This document shows positions 62,688 to 64,000 of a stretch of 64,000 nucleotides of DNA, one piece after another; position 1 is the stretch's first letter, and every line of letters begins with the position of its first letter. Source of the DNA: Synechococcus sp. (GTDB taxonomy: Bacteria; Cyanobacteriota; Cyanobacteriia; Thermostichales; PCC-7336). The DNA lies in the NCBI GenBank assembly GCA_051439605.1, contig JBFRWN010000081.1, positions 1 to 64,000 of the forward strand. Direction: 5' to 3'. The notes below the pieces were generated by a model. That model had not been told where the DNA came from. It did not search any database and saw only the letters and a list, made by a program, of their open reading frames with translations. The translations under genes were made by a program, and so were the position numbers.

Positions 62688-63047
62688 GTGCTGAAAACTC
62701 TCCCTACAGCAGATGACCGTATCGTTGGCTTTGCCATTGATGGCACCATCACCGCTGATGATGTCGATCGCATTACAGCAGAAATAACCCAGCGACTAGA
62801 GTCCCACGAGCGCCTGCGACTCTATGCCGAAGTCAACACGTGGACGGGTATCTCTCCCCAAGCCTTACTCAAGGATCTGCGTTTTTCTCTCCAGCATTTC
62901 AAGGATTTTGAGAAGGAGGCGATTGTCTCGGATAAATCCTGGCTGAAGGTCATGGCAGAAACTGGCGATCGCCTCTTGCCACATACCGAAGTGAAACACT
63001 TTAGTTGGGAACATCAAGCGGATGCGCTGGAGTGGGTGGAGGGATAG
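62688..63047 (+). CDS. STAS/SEC14 (SpoIIAA-like) domain protein
   Basis: GGAGG RBS before GTG; G.IT..D, L.DLRF...H..DFEK.AIVSD..W, A.EWV. Confidence 0.82.
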   Translation: MLKTLPTADDRIVGFAIDGTITADDVDRITAEITQRLESHERLRLYAEVNTWTGISPQALLKDLRFSLQHFKDFEKEAIVSDKSWLKVMAETGDRLLPHTEVKHFSWEHQADALEWVEG

Positions 63048-63245
63048 GCCCTGCTCGATCTACAACCCGTAGAGTTCAGAAGCCATTTACATCCCTAAAT
63101 AGCACTACTGGTAGGACATAACCGTTCTCAAGTGTACTGATTCGGCTCTGTGAAGCAGAGCCTAGATTGCCTTCAATAGAACTGTAAGTCACTCCCCCAT
63201 CTCACCTCCGGGGATCGTCACACAGCACGTTGAGAGCCGATCGTC

Positions 63246-63542
63246 ATGTTCACCACTCAATCCCCCATATCTAACACCAGCATTCACGCCAGCTGGATGC
63301 AAGCATCTAAGAATTGGTCACAACCGGACCGCCAAGACCGCAGCCATAACCCCCACCCGCAATTGGAGCCGGACTCATTCAAACAGCCTGCCATCCTGCT
63401 ACTCGCAGCGACAGTCCTAGTTCTAGCCTTGATTCCAACAGGCACGTTTAAATCGACGGAAGCAGGCCCGATCGCTGCCATCGCCGGTGGGGGTGCGATC
63501 GCCTGCCTAGTTGCCGATCGCCGCCATTCCACCTCCCACTAG
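63246..63542 (+). CDS. Small hypothetical membrane protein
   Basis: 98 aa with two hydrophobic segments. Confidence 0.45.
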   Translation: MFTTQSPISNTSIHASWMQASKNWSQPDRQDRSHNPHPQLEPDSFKQPAILLLAATVLVLALIPTGTFKSTEAGPIAAIAGGGAIACLVADRRHSTSH

Positions 63543-63582
63543 CCTCCACGGCCTAGATTCCAGAGGCCAGCTCGCGCGAGAG

Positions 63583-64000
63583 CTACTTTCGCAACCGCTG
63601 TGGTTTGCCCAAATCCACCGCTACCCGATGAGCACAAGCAAAACCAGAGAAAGCTACCGCGTTCAGCCCTTGTCCGGGAAACGTACTATCCCCCACACAG
63701 TAAAGATGGGGGATGGACGTGCGGTTAAACGGTACCCCTAGCAACCCCAATGGCCTTTTGCTGGGAATCGGGCCGTAGCTACCGTTAATGCGCCCCAAGA
63801 ACTTGCGATGGGTGCGGGGGGTGCCCACTTCCATCAACTCAATCCGATCGCTCAGCCCTGGCCAAATTGCCTCCAGACGCTTAACCAATGCCATGGCATC
63901 CTGCTGTTTTTTAGCTCGGTACTCGCTGGGGGTTATCCCCTCCCAATGGACCATGCTGCTGGGGGTGAACGTGTGAATGATATGGCGGTTGGGGGGGGCC
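63583..64000 (-). CDS. crtH: Carotenoid isomerase CrtH (3' part; runs off the window)
   Basis: GTPRTHRKFLGR..GSYGP, PFNRT.I..LYCVGDSTFPGQGLNAVAFSGFACAHRV. Confidence 0.92.
   Translation of the reverse strand, partial: APPNRHIIHTFTPSSMVHWEGITPSEYRAKKQQDAMALVKRLEAIWPGLSDRIELMEVGTPRTHRKFLGRINGSYGPIPSKRPLGLLGVPFNRTSIPHLYCVGDSTFPGQGLNAVAFSGFACAHRVAVDLGKPQRLRK

Larger units (their letters stand above)
1..64000. repeat. HIP1 octamer GCGATCGC dispersed throughout the window
   Basis: Many copies in genes and intergenic DNA (e.g. 17-24, 1084-1091); hallmark of most cyanobacterial genomes. Confidence 0.95.

Noticed and set aside
1..64000. CRISPR array, cas genes, rRNA, retron or group II intron
   Set aside because: No regularly spaced repeat-spacer series, reverse transcriptase or rRNA signature seen

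Overview
A gene-dense 64 kb chromosomal segment from a cyanobacterium. It has abundant HIP1 GCGATCGC octamers, psaE/psaI/psbEFLJ/petM, Yfr1 and crtH. An intein-free contiguous dnaE and divergent small photosystem subunits suggest an early-branching lineage (inference). Most of the window is housekeeping: cimA, murA, surE, a HelY-type helicase, dnaE, lysS, a devBCCA exporter, ggt, a CPA2 antiporter, pnp, rimM, EF-G2, an ABC1 kinase and smc. RNA genes and short genes absent from the ORF track were read from the sequence: SRP RNA, a 6S-like RNA candidate beside it, Yfr1, tRNA-Gly(TCC), psbF/L/J, psaI and petM. There is no CRISPR array, rRNA, transposase or integrase. Best novelty candidates: (1) a standalone nucleoside-deoxyribosyltransferase/TIR-like plus macrodomain fusion (32818-34056), possibly a one-gene NAD+/ADP-ribose defence module; (2) a two-hairpin putative sRNA with anti-SD-like tracts directly upstream of a structurally atypical tRNA-Gly; (3) a ~145 bp IS200/IS605-like non-autonomous element with a structured core; (4) a DUF1173-like Zn-finger/PD-(D/E)xK nuclease downstream of Yfr1; (5) a possible 6S-SRP RNA tandem. 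All family assignments come from motif recognition by eye; no searches were run.
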